This document shows positions 30,604-39,827 of a DNA stretch of 64,000 nt, piece by piece. The stretch is taken from positions 32,001 to 96,000 of the forward strand of contig CAVPBK010000001.1 of assembly GCA_963701855.1 (NCBI GenBank), read 5' to 3'. Under the pieces are notes generated by a model. The model saw nothing but the letters and a program-made list of their open reading frames with translations. It made no database searches and had not been told where the DNA came from. Made by a program: the position numbers and the translations under genes. Every line of letters begins with the position of its first letter. Position 1 is the first letter of the stretch. This stretch comes from Nitrospirota bacterium (GTDB lineage Bacteria; Nitrospirota; Nitrospiria; Nitrospirales; Nitrospiraceae).

Positions 30604-31134
30604 TTACTTGTTCCTCATCCGCCCAGTTCCCGTTGTCCCCACCATGACGACCACCTTTGTCTGGGGAGAAAAAGCTTGCTCGACGCGTTGCTTTCCGTTG
30701 GTCGTGAGGATAACAATTCCGCTGTGACTCTCAATGCGCTGAAGAAAATGGGCCGTCTCCGCACTTGCGAATCGGTCATGGGCATCGGTGACTGTACCGC
30801 GCGCCCTAAACAGCGCGTCTACTTCATCGAAGAAGAGGATCGCGCCACTGGTTTCTGCTTTATCAAATACGTCGTTCAGATTCTTCTCCGTCTCGCCGAT
30901 GTATTGACTTACCACCGCCGACAAATCCACTCTGAACAAATCTGTTTGTAGGGATTCGGCCAACGTCTCGGCGGACTTCCTTCGGCGGAGCGCCGTGGAG
31001 CCTGACAGAACCAGGACCGCGACAGATGTCGCCTTGGACTTCTTTGCCCGGCGTACCGACCTTGCCTTCTTCTTCGCTGCTGCCTTCTTCACCGCGGTCT
31101 TCGGTCTCTTCCCTTTGATTACCTTAGCTGCCAT
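30604..31134 (-). CDS. Lys/Ala-rich N-terminus fused to a degenerate AAA+ ATPase domain
   Basis: VDLSAVVSQYIGETEKNL, Walker B LFFDEVDALF, DAHDRFA, sensor I ILTTN. The Walker A position reads GSTALRRRKS. Confidence 0.75.
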   Translation of the reverse strand: MAAKVIKGKRPKTAVKKAAAKKKARSVRRAKKSKATSVAVLVLSGSTALRRRKSAETLAESLQTDLFRVDLSAVVSQYIGETEKNLNDVFDKAETSGAILFFDEVDALFRARGTVTDAHDRFASAETAHFLQRIESHSGIVILTTNGKQRVEQAFSPQTKVVVMVGTTGTGRMRNK

Positions 31135-31292
31135 TCTTTTCCACGCTTCTCTTAATACGTTGAACTCCCGCCCCCTCCAATGTCCTGCCGCCGCATTCAC
31201 TCCCGAATATGCAGGCGACGGCTTGCGGATCTTATCTGCAATTGATCACAATGACCAGCGACTTACCCTGCACATAGGAAAGACTTCTCCTG

Positions 31293-31631
31293 ATGATGCC
31301 AACGGCGCTGATCGAACAGGAGCTCGCGGCAGCCGAGGCCGCACGGCATGACAACAACGACGGAAAGGCGCGAGTCTGTGCCAGACGCGCCGTGGCCCTC
31401 GCTACCGAAGCGTGGTTGGCACAGTTCTCTATTCCACGATGGCGGGGGGATGCAATGGCCCATCTCAGGCAAATTCAGCAGGACGAGTCGTTCCCTCTTC
31501 TCATCCGCCAGGCGGCCGAGCGATTGAGCACCCCGGTAACCCGTCAGCACGCAGCCCCCTTCACGATAAACCCCATCGCCGACGCAAGACTCATCATTGC
31601 CTATCTCAGCAGCACCAAGGGTGGCGCGTGA
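31293..31631 (+). CDS. Conserved hypothetical protein
   Basis: 112-aa helical ORF with a GKARVCARRA motif. Confidence 0.65.
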   Translation: MMPTALIEQELAAAEAARHDNNDGKARVCARRAVALATEAWLAQFSIPRWRGDAMAHLRQIQQDESFPLLIRQAAERLSTPVTRQHAAPFTINPIADARLIIAYLSSTKGGA

Positions 31632-31651
31632 AACGCGAGGATCGACTGATC

Positions 31652-31818
31652 TCTCTTGTTTATTTGGTCTGTGTTGTTTGTTTGGTTGCACGAGACTAAC
31701 CAGATGAACAAAACAAACCAGATGAACCAGATCAACCCGCCCCGCCCGCCTTGCGTGCTACAACAGCTTTTTTGCAGCCTGCACCCCTCTCTAAAGGGGA
31801 GTGGCTGAGGCTGCCCTT
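31652..31818. repeat. Family R2 hairpin, M1-like end and R1 fragment
   Basis: TTTGG/AACCAGATG repeats (31652-31736), TTTTTTGCAGCCTGC (~31767-31781), AAAGGGGAGTGGCTGAGGCTGCCCTT (~31793-31818). Confidence 0.7.
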
Positions 31819-32137
31819 CACCATTTTTCTCGACCGGTGGAGACTTCTAAGATCCCTTCTGTAGGAACGTCCACCTTATCTGCTTCAAAAACCTCTCCCT
31901 GAAATCGTAAGGAATGAGGTCGATTTCCCGAATGATTTGAACTATCCTTGGGCCGGTTCAAAAAGGAATCATTCTGGCCCTCGGACTGTTGGCCGGACGT
32001 GATGGCAGCGTAAGCCAATGGGCAGCAGCGAAATGAGAGGAGCACAGCGGGTTAGAAGGATTGAAGAAATCCTGGACGGTTGTGATGTCCTCACGAAGAA
32101 TGAACAAGCAAGCCGCCATAGGGAAGGAGTTCACACC

Positions 32138-32803
32138 ATGAAGGTGGCACAGATTTGGCGGTACCCGATAAAATCGATGGGTGGTGAACGGCTGAATCAC
32201 GCGCACATCGGTTCTCTTGGCATCGATGGGGATCGCGTCGTGCATGTGGAGGACGCGCACGGTCATGTGATCACGGCCAGAACACACCATCGGCTTCTCG
32301 GTCACCATGCCACGCTCAACGCGTCCGGCGAGCCTGTGGTTGGCGGCTTGCTGTGGAGCGATCCCAAGGTCCGCACAGATGTTGTGGACATCGTTGGGCC
32401 TGGCGCCCGGCTGGTTCGCGACGAGTCGAGCGATCGTTTCGACGTGCTCCCCTTGTTGGTCGCGACGGATGGAGCTATCACGGCCTTTGAACATGATGGT
32501 CGGCGACTCAGACCTAACCTTGTGATCGGCGGGGTCGAGAGCCTGACCGAGCGCTCGTGGCCTGGACAATGCCTGCATATCGGAGACGTCATCATCGGAA
32601 TCCAGGATCTTCGTGGGCGCTGCATCATGACGACGTTTGATCCTGACAGCCTGAAACAAGATCGTCAGGTGCTCACAGACATCGTGCGGAAATTCGGGGG
32701 CACGCTCGCCTTGAATTGTTACGTGATCCGGGGCGGCAAGATTCGAGTCGGCGACACCGTGGAGCTGGCCCGACACCATGAATGCGAGACCGCCCGCGCG
32801 TAG
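32138..32803 (+). CDS. MOSC domain protein
   Basis: RBS AAGGAG, IWRYPIKSMGGE, GDR, RRLRPNLVI, RCIMTTFDP, GKIRVGD. Confidence 0.9.
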   Translation: MKVAQIWRYPIKSMGGERLNHAHIGSLGIDGDRVVHVEDAHGHVITARTHHRLLGHHATLNASGEPVVGGLLWSDPKVRTDVVDIVGPGARLVRDESSDRFDVLPLLVATDGAITAFEHDGRRLRPNLVIGGVESLTERSWPGQCLHIGDVIIGIQDLRGRCIMTTFDPDSLKQDRQVLTDIVRKFGGTLALNCYVIRGGKIRVGDTVELARHHECETARA

Positions 32804-33121
32804 AGAGACCAACTCATGAGCGAGATGTCCCAAAAAGTCTCCTGTCAGATTTCTGTTGGTCCCGAAACTGACACTCACCTGCAAAACAGCGAGGAAGGTC
32901 ATCTTCCAAAAAAACTGAACGGTGCTGGCTGCATGAGCGGACTCACTGCCAATCGGACAGCAAAATTAAAAAAGAAAAACTATCAATGAGCAACGAATCA
33001 AAGACCGTTGTTTTTGAAGCCTTAGATCGTGAGTGGAAACCATGTGATATTTCCGGGATTCCAGTAGCAGATCCGCAATGCTTTTTGAGCCACACGCTAG
33101 GGAATCCGTTCTTTTCCGCCC

Positions 33122-34036
33122 ATGCTAATTGATAGTCCGTCCATTTCAGGTGCCACCTTTCAACGCTGTCGCTGGGTCAAACGCCATGACAGGGCGGACA
33201 CCGGGGAGGTGTTGGCACTTGTGAGCGATATCCTAAGCGTCGTGGAGCAACAAGGAAAGTTTCTAATAGATGTGCCTGAAGGCTGGGTTCCTGAAAAGTG
33301 GGTCAAGGCTGTTAGGGGTGGTACACAACGATACGTTGATTACATGAATACCATGAAGCTTTCGGACTCTGATGTGCTCTCGCCTGAGCAGCGGCGCGAG
33401 ATTGCTCTGCTTCGACTGCTAGTGCGCGAGCTTCAACGATTATTGGGGATTGGTGCGGACCAGACGGTTCAACGTCTTGGACATGCGTTCCATAACGTCG
33501 ATCGAGAGTTGCGAACGCTAGTTTCTGACACAGAGTATTCAATGTACATGTTCCGAGTCATCAGTGCTGACTGGGACATGCTGTCGATGGAAATGCGAGA
33601 AGGCTGTTGCCGAGTTGTGGGTCTTGAACTACAAGAGGCGGAGGAGTTGATTAACACACAGGGGTTCTCCATCAATTGTTCGGGCTCCCGTCGATTCAGA
33701 ATCAACACTCTGATCTCTAGAAACACTGCGCTCCATCTCCATGGTGTAACCGTTGAGGGCACTGTAAGAGAAGTTACAGTTCATCCGCCCATACCTGTGG
33801 GTGAAGAGAGCACAATGCATAATGCGTACTCTTTAGTGCTAGAAGATGAAACGGGCTCTATAGTTGCGGAAGTCATTGACACTGGCGAGCCAGTTCTGTC
33901 TTTCCCAGTTCCGCCTTTTCAAGGTAGGAGAGTCGTCATTGATGGAACCGTTGAGGTACTAAGCCAAGGATTGACGAACAGGCCACTTGTCAGGCTCAAA
34001 GCACAAGCGGGAAGAGTCCGTTTAGTGGACGACTGA
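33122..34036 (+). CDS. Hypothetical protein with C-terminal OB-fold-like domain, lower GC
   Basis: 304-aa ORF with VTVEGTV...LVLEDETGSI...GRRVVIDGTV. Start uncertain. Confidence 0.55.
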   Translation: MLIDSPSISGATFQRCRWVKRHDRADTGEVLALVSDILSVVEQQGKFLIDVPEGWVPEKWVKAVRGGTQRYVDYMNTMKLSDSDVLSPEQRREIALLRLLVRELQRLLGIGADQTVQRLGHAFHNVDRELRTLVSDTEYSMYMFRVISADWDMLSMEMREGCCRVVGLELQEAEELINTQGFSINCSGSRRFRINTLISRNTALHLHGVTVEGTVREVTVHPPIPVGEESTMHNAYSLVLEDETGSIVAEVIDTGEPVLSFPVPPFQGRRVVIDGTVEVLSQGLTNRPLVRLKAQAGRVRLVDD

Positions 34037-34082
34037 GCCGTCACTTGATGGCCTCCGATAGCTACCCGGAAGGATGTCTCGA

Positions 34083-34241
34083 TGTGCTCATTTTGTGCTC
34101 AACGCCATCTCACTCCAGCTCACTCAGGCCTACTCCAGCCAAAGTCGATTTTTTCGCAACTCCTGGCTAGAATTGGCCTGAATGAGCCTGAGTGGGCTGG
34201 AGTAGGGTGGTGACAACGCTTTCCTAACCCGCTGGTCGGGT
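34083..34241 (+). mobile_element. Relic attachment end of an integrative element (tRNA-Arg(CCT)-like core)
   Basis: TGTGCTCA direct repeat, 10-bp periodic and inverted repeats, then CAACGCTTTCCTAACCCGCTGGTCGG resembling a tRNA anticodon arm. Confidence 0.45.
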
Positions 34242-34317
34242 ATCTAGGCTGCCAGAACAACTCCTTGAATTTCAAAGCGGAGAAGAGGGCCCAACGACGG
34301 TTGGATCGCTTGCTCTT

Positions 34318-34733
34318 TACTGCGCGCATCGAACGACCGTCTTCAATCAAAATGATCCCTCCAAGCTCGCTTGTTATCTCTTCAGGGATGGGGGCTGATT
34401 GATCTTCCACTGCGCGCGTCCAACGAGGGCCTTCGGAGGCCGCGCGTTGCGCGAGCACAGAAGAGCATCAGGCTCCATCCCTTCCTCTGCTCCAAACATC
34501 TGCTAAGGGGAGTGGCCAAGGCTGCCCTCTACTGCGCGCATCGAACGAGCACATTCTTATCGTGCGCGTTCTGCGAGCAAGGAGGGCACCTGGCCACTCC
34601 CCTCCCATCCTTCCAAGCTTGCTCGTTTTTCCCCTAAGAGGGTGGCCTGATTGGTCTCCCACTGCGCGCGTCCAACGAGGGCCTTCTGAGGCCGCGCGTT
34701 GCGCGAGCACAGGAGACTAATAGGCTACCCTCC
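34318..34733 (+). repeat. Hairpin repeat family R1, array of three complete modules
   Basis: Three ~100-nt hairpins with a shared core and different self-complementary outer stems. Confidence 0.9.
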
Positions 34734-34735
34734 TC

Positions 34736-36199
34736 TCACCAACCCAACACCCATCGGTGCCCATTCTTCTCCAGCAGCGCATCTGCTTCGCTTGGCCCCC
34801 AGCTCCCAGCCGTGTAGAAGTGACTGGATTTCTCGCCAGTCAACAGCGGGTCATAGAGGCGCCAGGCCGTTTCGGTGAAATCCGCGCTGACGAAGAGGGT
34901 CTGATCGCCAATCATGACGTCGCGGAGAAGAGTCTCGTAGGCTTCAGGGAGCGCGCCAAAGGCTCGTTCATAGTCGAACTCCAGCGCATGGTCGCTCAGT
35001 TGAAACGGCCTCCCCGGACTCTTCACGGAAAAACAGAGCGAGAACCCTTCACTGGGCTGGAGCATGATCAGTAACATGTTGGGGGAAATACTACCGGGAG
35101 CAAGGGACCGAAACACTTGGGTGGGAGCCTCACGAAAGACCACCGCAATCTGGGTCAGTTTACGCGGCAGGCGTTTGCCCGTCCGGAGATAGAAGGGTAC
35201 GCCCCTCCATCTCCAATTGTGAATCTCCGCTTTCAGCGCGACATACGTCTCCGTGGTCGAATCCTTCGGGATACCCTGTTCCTCGCGATAACCTGGAATC
35301 GTCTGGCCGGCGAACTGCCAGGACGCGTACTGGCCAAAGACAGTATCTTGAGGCGTGATCGGCGCAATGGAATGGAGCACTTTGAGCTTTTCGTCCTGGA
35401 TCGCAGAGGCATCGAAGGACCCCGGCACTTCCATCGCGATGACAGTCATGAGTTGGGTCAGATGGTTCTGAACCATGTCGCGGAACGCCCCGGCGTGTTG
35501 ATAGTAGGCCCCGCGATGCTCGACGCCGAGATCTTCGGCAACGGTAATCTGAATATTCTCGATTGAGTCGCGATTCCAGAGCGATTCGAAAATCGGGTTC
35601 GCGAAGCGGAAGGCCAGGAGATTCTGCACCGTCTCTTTGCCGAGGAAATGATCGATGCGGTAGATCTGGGGTTCCTCGATATAGCGATGCAGGGTCGTGT
35701 TCAAGTTCCGGGCTGAGTGAAAATCTCGGCCAAATGGTTTTTCAAACACGACGCGGACCCATCCATGGCTCTTGAGCAGTCCCGTCTGGTCCAGTCCCTC
35801 CATGGCAATGGGCACAGTGTCCGGTGGCACGGCCAGATAGAACACCCGGTTCTCCGGCATCTTGTGCGTACGTTCCAACTGCCGGATGTGCAGGGCTAGG
35901 GCCTCATAATCATGCAGCCCTCCTTCATGCAGAGGCTGGTAGTGAAGACACTCCTCGCACCAGGCGCGCAACTCCGTTTCATTGCGCCCGCCGGCTTGCC
36001 GCAGACCTTCGAAGACCCAGAGCCGAAACCCCTCTTCACCCATTTCTTGTAAGGCAGCACCGACGATCAGCGTGTTGCGAGTTTCCAGGACTCCCTGGTC
36101 TCGCAAATGATACAGCGCGGGCAGGAGCTTCCGACGCGTCAGATCGCCGGTCGCACCAATGATCACAAAAACGTGAGGCTCAACCTGATGTTCCGACAT
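34736..36199 (-). CDS. zwf: Glucose-6-phosphate 1-dehydrogenase
   Basis: [37 protein letters not shown]. Confidence 0.96.
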   Translation of the reverse strand: MSEHQVEPHVFVIIGATGDLTRRKLLPALYHLRDQGVLETRNTLIVGAALQEMGEEGFRLWVFEGLRQAGGRNETELRAWCEECLHYQPLHEGGLHDYEALALHIRQLERTHKMPENRVFYLAVPPDTVPIAMEGLDQTGLLKSHGWVRVVFEKPFGRDFHSARNLNTTLHRYIEEPQIYRIDHFLGKETVQNLLAFRFANPIFESLWNRDSIENIQITVAEDLGVEHRGAYYQHAGAFRDMVQNHLTQLMTVIAMEVPGSFDASAIQDEKLKVLHSIAPITPQDTVFGQYASWQFAGQTIPGYREEQGIPKDSTTETYVALKAEIHNWRWRGVPFYLRTGKRLPRKLTQIAVVFREAPTQVFRSLAPGSISPNMLLIMLQPSEGFSLCFSVKSPGRPFQLSDHALEFDYERAFGALPEAYETLLRDVMIGDQTLFVSADFTETAWRLYDPLLTGEKSSHFYTAGSWGPSEADALLEKNGHRWVLGW

Positions 36200-36237
36200 C
36201 GGCAGGATACTCAGTGTGAACGGTCAACTGTCTCTTC

Positions 36238-36620
36238 GCAGGATGCTGAAACAGTCGCTCTTCTCACCCACCCGACCCCGGCGCGCCGAGACGCGCCTTT
36301 TCCCGTGCGGCGTTCTCGCATCGTTCAGACCCTCAACCTTGATGAGAAGTTCCTCGGAGATCGGAAGCACTGTAGGTGCTTTCCCGTTCGCCAAGATCTA
36401 TTCTAGGGGCGAACGGCCCACACAAAGTGCGGTTTGTACCTCCTCGGCTCTTCACTCGCTACAGCCTTGCCCGCGGAACGGCGCGTCTTGGCGCGCCGGG
36501 GTCGGGCGGGTGAGAAAGGTGGCCCGTTTGAGCATCCTGCGGGAATGTTCTTCTGTTGTGCCAAATTTGCAGGCCATCGAAGTTCCACTAAGCCTACATA
36601 GTTGTTCAGAAGTTTGCTAG
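36238..36620. mobile_element. MITE (family M1), long foldback form
   Basis: TIR GCAGGATGCTGAAAC / GTTTGAGCATCCTGC (36238-36252; 36526-36540). Internal 37-bp inverted repeat (36261-36297; 36480-36516). Extension ends in CTAG at 36617-36620. Confidence 0.75.
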
Positions 36621-36679
36621 CAGCGTCATCGGCTTCATCTCTCGGCGACCGGACCCTTCGCGCCGTTCCGTCCCGTTGA

Positions 36680-39600
36680 TCAATGACCGTGGGGGGTGAC
36701 GCTCGCTGACGGGCTTGGGACGGCGGAACGCTCTTCAATCCACTTGTAGAGCACCGGCAGCACAATCAGCGTCAAGAATGTCGAACTGACCAGTCCGCCG
36801 ATTACCACGACGGCCAGGGGCCGCTGAACTTCCGATCCAATTCCATGGGCAAAGGCAAGCGGCACCAATCCAAGCAACGCGACCAGCGCCGTCATTAACA
36901 CGGGCCGCAAGCGCATCACGCAGCCGGACATTACTGCCTGTTCAATACCCATTCCCTCCTGCCGGCGAAGGAAATTCATATAGGACACCAGCACGATGCC
37001 GTTCAGCACGGCCACGCCGAAGAGATTGATGAACCCGACTGAGGCCGGCACGCTCAGGTATTCCCCCGTCACCCATAAGGCAACAATTCCGCCGATGAGG
37101 GCAAACGGGAGATTGAGAATGATCAGTGCCGCCTGTTTGAGCGAGGAAAACGACGAGAGCAGGAGCAAGAAGATTACGCCAATGGTGATCGGAACAATGA
37201 TCTTGATGCGGGCCATCGCCCGCTCCATATTTTCGAACGATCCGCCCCAGACGACATGGTACCCTTCCGGGAGCCGGACCTCCCGGGCCATCCGCTGCTG
37301 CGCCTCGGCCACAATGCTCCCGATGTCTCGTCCGTGGGTATTGAAGCTGACCGGCAGATAGCGCTGGAGTTGATCGCGGTTGATGCGCCCCGGTCCCTCG
37401 TGCATCCGGATGGTGCCAAGATCGCTGAGGGGAATGAAGGCCCCACTGCCATCCGTCAGTCGAATATTCCCGATGGTTTCGATGCTGTTCCGATACTGTA
37501 CCGGAAACCGCACGATCAAATTGAATCGTCGATTCTCTTCATACACCCGGGTCGCGACTTCTCCTCCGATCGCGGTTGCAATGACTTCGCGCACATCCGA
37601 AACATTGATGCCGTGCCGGGCGATCTTGCCCCGATCAATATCGATCGTGATGTACGGTTGGCCGAAGAGTTGCTCTACTTTTAAATCTTTGACACCCCGA
37701 ATCGTGCCGAGGACGCTGGCGATCTCGTTCCCCATTTTCCGCAGCTCCTCCAGGTCATGCCCGAACAGTTTGACTGTCACCTCTGCGCGCACCCCAGAAA
37801 TCAATTCGTCCACTCGTTGCTGAATCGGCTGGCTGAGCAGAAAGTTGGCGCCTGGCACCAGGGCCAGCCGCTCGCGGACTTGCTCTTTCAACCCCTCCAT
37901 GGTGGAGGCCGTCGTCCAGGTCTCGATCGGACGCAGCCTCGCAACGGAATCGCTTTCATTCGGTTCTTGCGGGTCGTTCGCCAATTCCGTACGCCCGATT
38001 TTTGACACCATCATCTCTACTTCAGGGAACTCCAGCACCGCTTTCTGCACCTCCCGTTCGATCTTGATCGATTGATCCAAAGAAATGCTCGGCAAACGGA
38101 TCGTGAGGGGCGCCATCGTGCCTTCATTCAGAATGGGAACAAACTCCGACCCTAGAAATGGAAAGAGCGCAATACTTCCTGCTAACGCCAGTCCGGTGGC
38201 TGTCAGCACCGCGTTTCGATGTCCTAACGCCCAGCGCAGCATGGGGAGATAGAGACGCTTGGCCCATCGGAGCACCCAGGGCTCGGCATCGGCGTGCCCT
38301 GCCTTCAAAGTCAGTAAACACAACACCGGCGACAGGGTAACTGACAGAATGAGCGACACTATCAGAGCAATCATGATGGTATAGGCCATCGGCTTGAACA
38401 TTTTGCCTTCCATGCCTTGAAACGAGAGGATGGGCATAAAGACGATGATGATGATGATAATGCCGAAGACCACGGGACGGGCGACCTCCCGAGCGGCATT
38501 GAGGATGAGGGCCTGTCGAGGCATACCCTGGTGACGAGGATCCGACAGATGCCGGTGTATGTTCTCCACCAGCACCACAGACGCATCGACCATCATGCCG
38601 ATGGCGATGGCCAGACCGCCCAAGGACATCAGATTGGCCGTGAGATCGAATCGATCCATCACGAAGAACGTTATGAGCGGCGTCAGAATGAGCGTCGCCG
38701 CCACGATCAAGGCGCTCCTGGTATCTCCCAGGAACAGGAACAGCACAACCACCACCAGGAGAACACCTTCCCCCAACGCCTTATAAACAGTCTTCAAGGC
38801 GGCGGAGATCAATTCGATACGATCGTAAAAGGGAACGATCCGCCAGCCTGTCGGCAGTAGACCCTTGTCCTGTATCTCGGCGATCTTGACCTTGATGCCT
38901 TCTACGACGTCGCGGGCGTTTCCTCCGCGCAGCATAAGCACGATCCCTGCCACCACCTCACGCTCACCGTTCAAGACGACTGCGCCATGACGAATGGCAT
39001 GGCCGATCTGAACCTGGGCAACGTCGTGGATGTGCACGGGAGTGCCGCCCACCTCCTTGACGACGATGTCCTCGATGTCACTCAGTTTCCGGATCAGTCC
39101 CACGCCTCGGACGATGTATTTTTCAGCATGTGTCTCCAGGATGTTGCCCGAAGCATTCGCATTGTTGTTCGCCACGGCGGCAAATACTTCCTGCAGTGAG
39201 AGAGCGTATTTACGCAAGAGCTCCGGCTCGACGAGCACCTGGTACTGTTTGACATATCCACCTTGTGAGTTGACTTCGATGACTCCAGGGACCCCCTTGA
39301 TCAAGGGCCGGATGACCCAGTCCACCACCGTTCGCTGTTCGATCAATTCGCGCTCCACCGCGGCAGCGTCCAGGCCGGCATGAGAAGGGCCTTCCAGATA
39401 GTACTGATAGATCTCTCCCAGTCCGGTGCTGTTCGGCGACATCATCGGTTCAGACCCAGGCGGTAGATGCTCCTGCACTTCGATCAGCCGTTCGAGCACG
39501 AGTTGCCGGGCAAGGTTGATGTCCATCTGATCGTCGAACACCACCGTAATCAACGACAATCCTACTTTGGTGAGCGAGCGGAGTTCCGTCAGATGCGGAA

Positions 39601-39826
39601 CCCCGGTAACTTGTTGTTCGATGGGAAAGGTCACCAGCCGTTCGACCTCTTCGGGGGACAAGCCGGGCGCTTTCGTGACGATTTGCACGAGCACGCTCGT
39701 CACATCGGGAAACGCGTCGATCGAAATCGTGCGGAAGGCATAGCCCCCCAGAAGGGTCAGCAGGCCGGCGAATGTGAGGATCAGTAAGGGGCGGCGAAGA
39801 GAAAACTCAAGAAGTTTGTCGACCAT
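36680..39826 (-). CDS. CusA/CzcA-family heavy-metal RND transporter
   Basis: IDAFPDVT, LMSLGGLAIAIGMMVDASVVLVEN, EGKMFKPMA, GVAVLNG, RLRPVLMTA. Confidence 0.93.
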   Translation of the reverse strand: MVDKLLEFSLRRPLLILTFAGLLTLLGGYAFRTISIDAFPDVTSVLVQIVTKAPGLSPEEVERLVTFPIEQQVTGVPHLTELRSLTKVGLSLITVVFDDQMDINLARQLVLERLIEVQEHLPPGSEPMMSPNSTGLGEIYQYYLEGPSHAGLDAAAVERELIEQRTVVDWVIRPLIKGVPGVIEVNSQGGYVKQYQVLVEPELLRKYALSLQEVFAAVANNNANASGNILETHAEKYIVRGVGLIRKLSDIEDIVVKEVGGTPVHIHDVAQVQIGHAIRHGAVVLNGEREVVAGIVLMLRGGNARDVVEGIKVKIAEIQDKGLLPTGWRIVPFYDRIELISAALKTVYKALGEGVLLVVVVLFLFLGDTRSALIVAATLILTPLITFFVMDRFDLTANLMSLGGLAIAIGMMVDASVVLVENIHRHLSDPRHQGMPRQALILNAAREVARPVVFGIIIIIIVFMPILSFQGMEGKMFKPMAYTIMIALIVSLILSVTLSPVLCLLTLKAGHADAEPWVLRWAKRLYLPMLRWALGHRNAVLTATGLALAGSIALFPFLGSEFVPILNEGTMAPLTIRLPSISLDQSIKIEREVQKAVLEFPEVEMMVSKIGRTELANDPQEPNESDSVARLRPIETWTTASTMEGLKEQVRERLALVPGANFLLSQPIQQRVDELISGVRAEVTVKLFGHDLEELRKMGNEIASVLGTIRGVKDLKVEQLFGQPYITIDIDRGKIARHGINVSDVREVIATAIGGEVATRVYEENRRFNLIVRFPVQYRNSIETIGNIRLTDGSGAFIPLSDLGTIRMHEGPGRINRDQLQRYLPVSFNTHGRDIGSIVAEAQQRMAREVRLPEGYHVVWGGSFENMERAMARIKIIVPITIGVIFLLLLSSFSSLKQAALIILNLPFALIGGIVALWVTGEYLSVPASVGFINLFGVAVLNGIVLVSYMNFLRRQEGMGIEQAVMSGCVMRLRPVLMTALVALLGLVPLAFAHGIGSEVQRPLAVVVIGGLVSSTFLTLIVLPVLYKWIEERSAVPSPSASVTPHGH

Positions 39827-39827
39827 G

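Noticed and set aside
31958..32902. 314-aa minus-strand ORF (also 24644-25768, 53865-54827, 44853-45731 and similar)
   Set aside because: These are antisense shadows of well-supported genes, with no motifs of their own.
34200..34260. Intact tRNA gene
   Set aside because: Only an anticodon-arm-like stretch is present; there is no TTCGA T-loop or acceptor stem.
34120..34710. Paralogous ORFs beginning MLAQRAASEGPRWTRAV
   Set aside because: They are translations of R1 repeat DNA, with TTG/GTG-type starts and no RBS.
34318..34733. CRISPR array
   Set aside because: Units are ~100-nt hairpins whose intervening sequences recur at other loci. There is no constant repeat with unique spacers and no cas genes.
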